Shown in pieces: positions 62,428 to 64,000 of a stretch of DNA of 64,000 nt (position 1 is the stretch's first letter; every line of letters starts with the position of its first letter). The DNA is taken from positions 12,718 to 76,717 of the forward strand of contig CAYOQI010000003.1 in assembly GCA_964406075.1 (NCBI GenBank), in the 5' to 3' direction. The notes under the pieces were generated by a model. That model was not told the origin of the DNA. It did no database searches and saw nothing but the letters and a program-made list of their open reading frames with translations. Source of the stretch: an uncultured Pseudomonadales bacterium. Lineage in GTDB: Bacteria; Patescibacteriota; Microgenomatia; UBA1400; PJMF01. A program made the position numbers and the translations under genes.

Positions 62428-62465
62428 AAGAATTTGACGATTTTAACATAAGCTGTGATAGGATA

Positions 62466-63050
62466 ATGGTCATGGCGTCACCTTCAAATATACTTTTAGA
62501 TTTTTCTACGATACCTTCGATAGTTCAGCAGTTCCGAAAAAAAGGAAAAAAAATTATTCTCACTCAAGGCTCATTTGATCTTGTTCATATCGGACATGGA
62601 CGATATTTAGAAAAAGCTAAAAGTTATGGAGATGTTTTGGTCGTTGGTATAGATAGCGATGAAAAAATCAAAAAGCGAAAAGGATCTGATCGACCTGTAG
62701 TTCCCGAAGAAGAACGGGCAGAGATGTTGACGTATTTTCGATCAGTAGACTTTGTTGTGATTAAGCCATTGATTGAGAAAAAATTCGAATTAGTACGGTT
62801 AGTAAAACCAGATGTATTAGTATTAACTGAAGAAACCTATGCCAAATATTCACCTGAGCAATTAGCAGAACTTAAAACACTTTGTAAAAAAATTGAAGTG
62901 ATGAAGGCTCAAGCGACTACTTCAACAAGTGCTAAGATTCGACTCGTTCAAATTGGGGCAGCCAGTAAAATCGGTGCCGCTTTAAGCAAAAAATTAATTC
63001 ACTCAATTGAAGAAGTGTTAAAAGAGCTGAAAGAAGAAGTGGGGAAGTAA
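62466..63050 (+). CDS. Cytidylyltransferase-fold nucleotidyltransferase (RfaE domain II / TagD-like)
   Basis: ILTQGSFDLVHIGHGRYLEKAK contains the HxGH motif, followed by VLVVGIDSDEKIKKRKG..RPVVPEEERAEML. Confidence 0.75.
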   Translation: MVMASPSNILLDFSTIPSIVQQFRKKGKKIILTQGSFDLVHIGHGRYLEKAKSYGDVLVVGIDSDEKIKKRKGSDRPVVPEEERAEMLTYFRSVDFVVIKPLIEKKFELVRLVKPDVLVLTEETYAKYSPEQLAELKTLCKKIEVMKAQATTSTSAKIRLVQIGAASKIGAALSKKLIHSIEEVLKELKEEVGK

Positions 63051-63052
63051 GT

Positions 63053-63901
63053 ATGAAAAAAATCATTCTCGCATACGTTCCAGTCTTGCATCGTGGCTAT
63101 CTCAATTTTTTTGCTAAACATCCTGACGCGAAAACACTCTATTTATTAGATGAAAGTTTGACTCATCAGTGGCGTTCATTGGAAAAAGATTTGCGAGCGC
63201 TTCCAGCGACACAGATTAAAGAACTTATCGAACATTTGGAATTATTTGATCAAGTTACTTTAGTTACCTCTGAAAATATTAATGACGTAGATTCAGAGAA
63301 TGTAGAATTGATTATGCCCAATGAAGAGCTGAATCTTGAATTGGCGGAAAAATATTTTAAAACAACAAAAATTACTTATGATTCCATCTTCTTGCGTTGG
63401 GACAAAAAGCGTTCTTTGAGCAGGGAAGAGGTAGAGCCGAATATCGTGATTTCATCGGATGAATTTGACAAAAAAATCATGTCAGAGTTGGAAGAATTAA
63501 CAAAGCATAGTTCGGATTGGTGGAGACAGGTGAGTGCGGCATTAATCAAAGATAACAAGGTGATTTTTGCTGATAAAAATTACCATGTTCCATTTGATCA
63601 GCAACAATATGTAGATGGAGATCCGCGAGCTGATTTTCAAAGTGGAGAGTTATTCGAATTATCTAGTTCAGTTCATGCCGAGTCTTCAGTGATTGCTCAA
63701 GCCGCGATGAATGGAGTCGCGACGAAAGATTTGTCTTTATACACGACTACTTTCCCATGTCCTGTTTGTGCAAAACTGATTGCTGAGTCAGGGATAAAGA
63801 AGATGTATTATCTTGATGGATATAGTTTGCTAGATGGTGAAAATGTGTTAAAAAGCAAAGGTGTGGAAATTATAAAAGTTGAATTGAAAAAAAATGACTG
63901 A
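63053..63901 (+). CDS. Two-domain protein: unknown N-terminal domain fused to a dCMP/cytidine deaminase-type zinc domain
   Basis: The C-terminal VHAESSVIAQAA...TTFPCPVCAKLIAESGIKKMYY carries the HAE...PCxxC zinc signature. I did not recognise the N-terminal 150 aa or so. Confidence 0.7.
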   Translation: MKKIILAYVPVLHRGYLNFFAKHPDAKTLYLLDESLTHQWRSLEKDLRALPATQIKELIEHLELFDQVTLVTSENINDVDSENVELIMPNEELNLELAEKYFKTTKITYDSIFLRWDKKRSLSREEVEPNIVISSDEFDKKIMSELEELTKHSSDWWRQVSAALIKDNKVIFADKNYHVPFDQQQYVDGDPRADFQSGELFELSSSVHAESSVIAQAAMNGVATKDLSLYTTTFPCPVCAKLIAESGIKKMYYLDGYSLLDGENVLKSKGVEIIKVELKKND

Positions 63902-64000
63902 AACAACTCCAAAAAAAGAAGGATGGAAGGATAAGACAACAACTTTGCACGCTGTGGTTTTACGTGGTGATGAAGAACATCGAGAAATATTAGTTCAACC
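63894..64000 (+). CDS. 5' fragment of an ORF running off the window (function not assignable)
   Basis: The ATG at 63894 overlaps the upstream stop (ATGACTGA) and the frame stays open to the window end (MTETTPKKEGWKDKTTTLHAVVLRGDEEHREILVQ...). Confidence 0.35.
   Translation, partial: MTETTPKKEGWKDKTTTLHAVVLRGDEEHREILVQ

Noticed and set aside
1-64000. Search by eye for tRNA/rRNA genes, CRISPR repeats, transposases, integrases and large inverted or direct repeats
   Set aside because: None were found. The intergenic gaps are too short or lack T-loop/acceptor features, and no periodic 25-40-nt repeats appear. The only notable nucleotide repeats are the intragenic paralog tracts reported above. 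A tRNAscan/Infernal/CRISPR-finder run is still needed to be sure.

Overview
AT-rich, very gene-dense bacterial chromosome segment with about 60 CDS and standard stop-codon usage. I recognised no rRNA, tRNA, CRISPR array, transposase or integrase by eye. The content suggests a Patescibacteria/CPR-like organism (inference, no search possible). It has type IV pilus genes, many large secreted Thr/Ser/Gly-rich surface proteins, dockerin modules, LytR_C proteins, a four-helix-bundle 'IVS' protein, an O-antigen-ligase/TPR fusion and little metabolism.

Layout:
- 1-20.1 kb: a split type IV pilus locus. It runs pilB', pilC, four prepilin-like genes including a 969-aa one, and a major pilin. It is interrupted by a response regulator, a nitroreductase / PaaK-like ligase / ThiF(E1)-like trio, a 7TM histidine kinase, and three tandem dockerin-bearing paralogs.
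- 20-24 kb: a DUF62-like gene, a YcnI copper-protein pair, a Gmad2 lipoprotein and an alpha/beta hydrolase.
- 24-39 kb: a surface-protein island.
- 39-64 kb: housekeeping genes (ychF, rpsF-ssb-rpsR, mreBCD-PBP2, dprA, topA, mutM, nadD, nadE, cytidylyltransferase, dCMP-deaminase-like) mixed with paralogous hypothetical membrane proteins.

Three candidates stand out as possibly undescribed:
1. The three tandem secreted paralogs (13.9-19.4 kb). Each has a dockerin pair, a Pro/Thr linker and an unrecognised His-rich, Cys-containing domain with an EF-hand-like loop. One also carries a CHRD insertion. They sit between the pseudopilin genes and the pilin gene.
2. A tightly overlapping five-gene operon (24.25-29.0 kb). 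Its architecture resembles Firmicutes WxL / DUF916-DUF3324 surface loci.
3. The nitroreductase / ANL-ligase / E1-like cassette bracketed by a two-component system.

All functional calls rest on motif recognition by eye. No HMM, BLAST or structure search was run.
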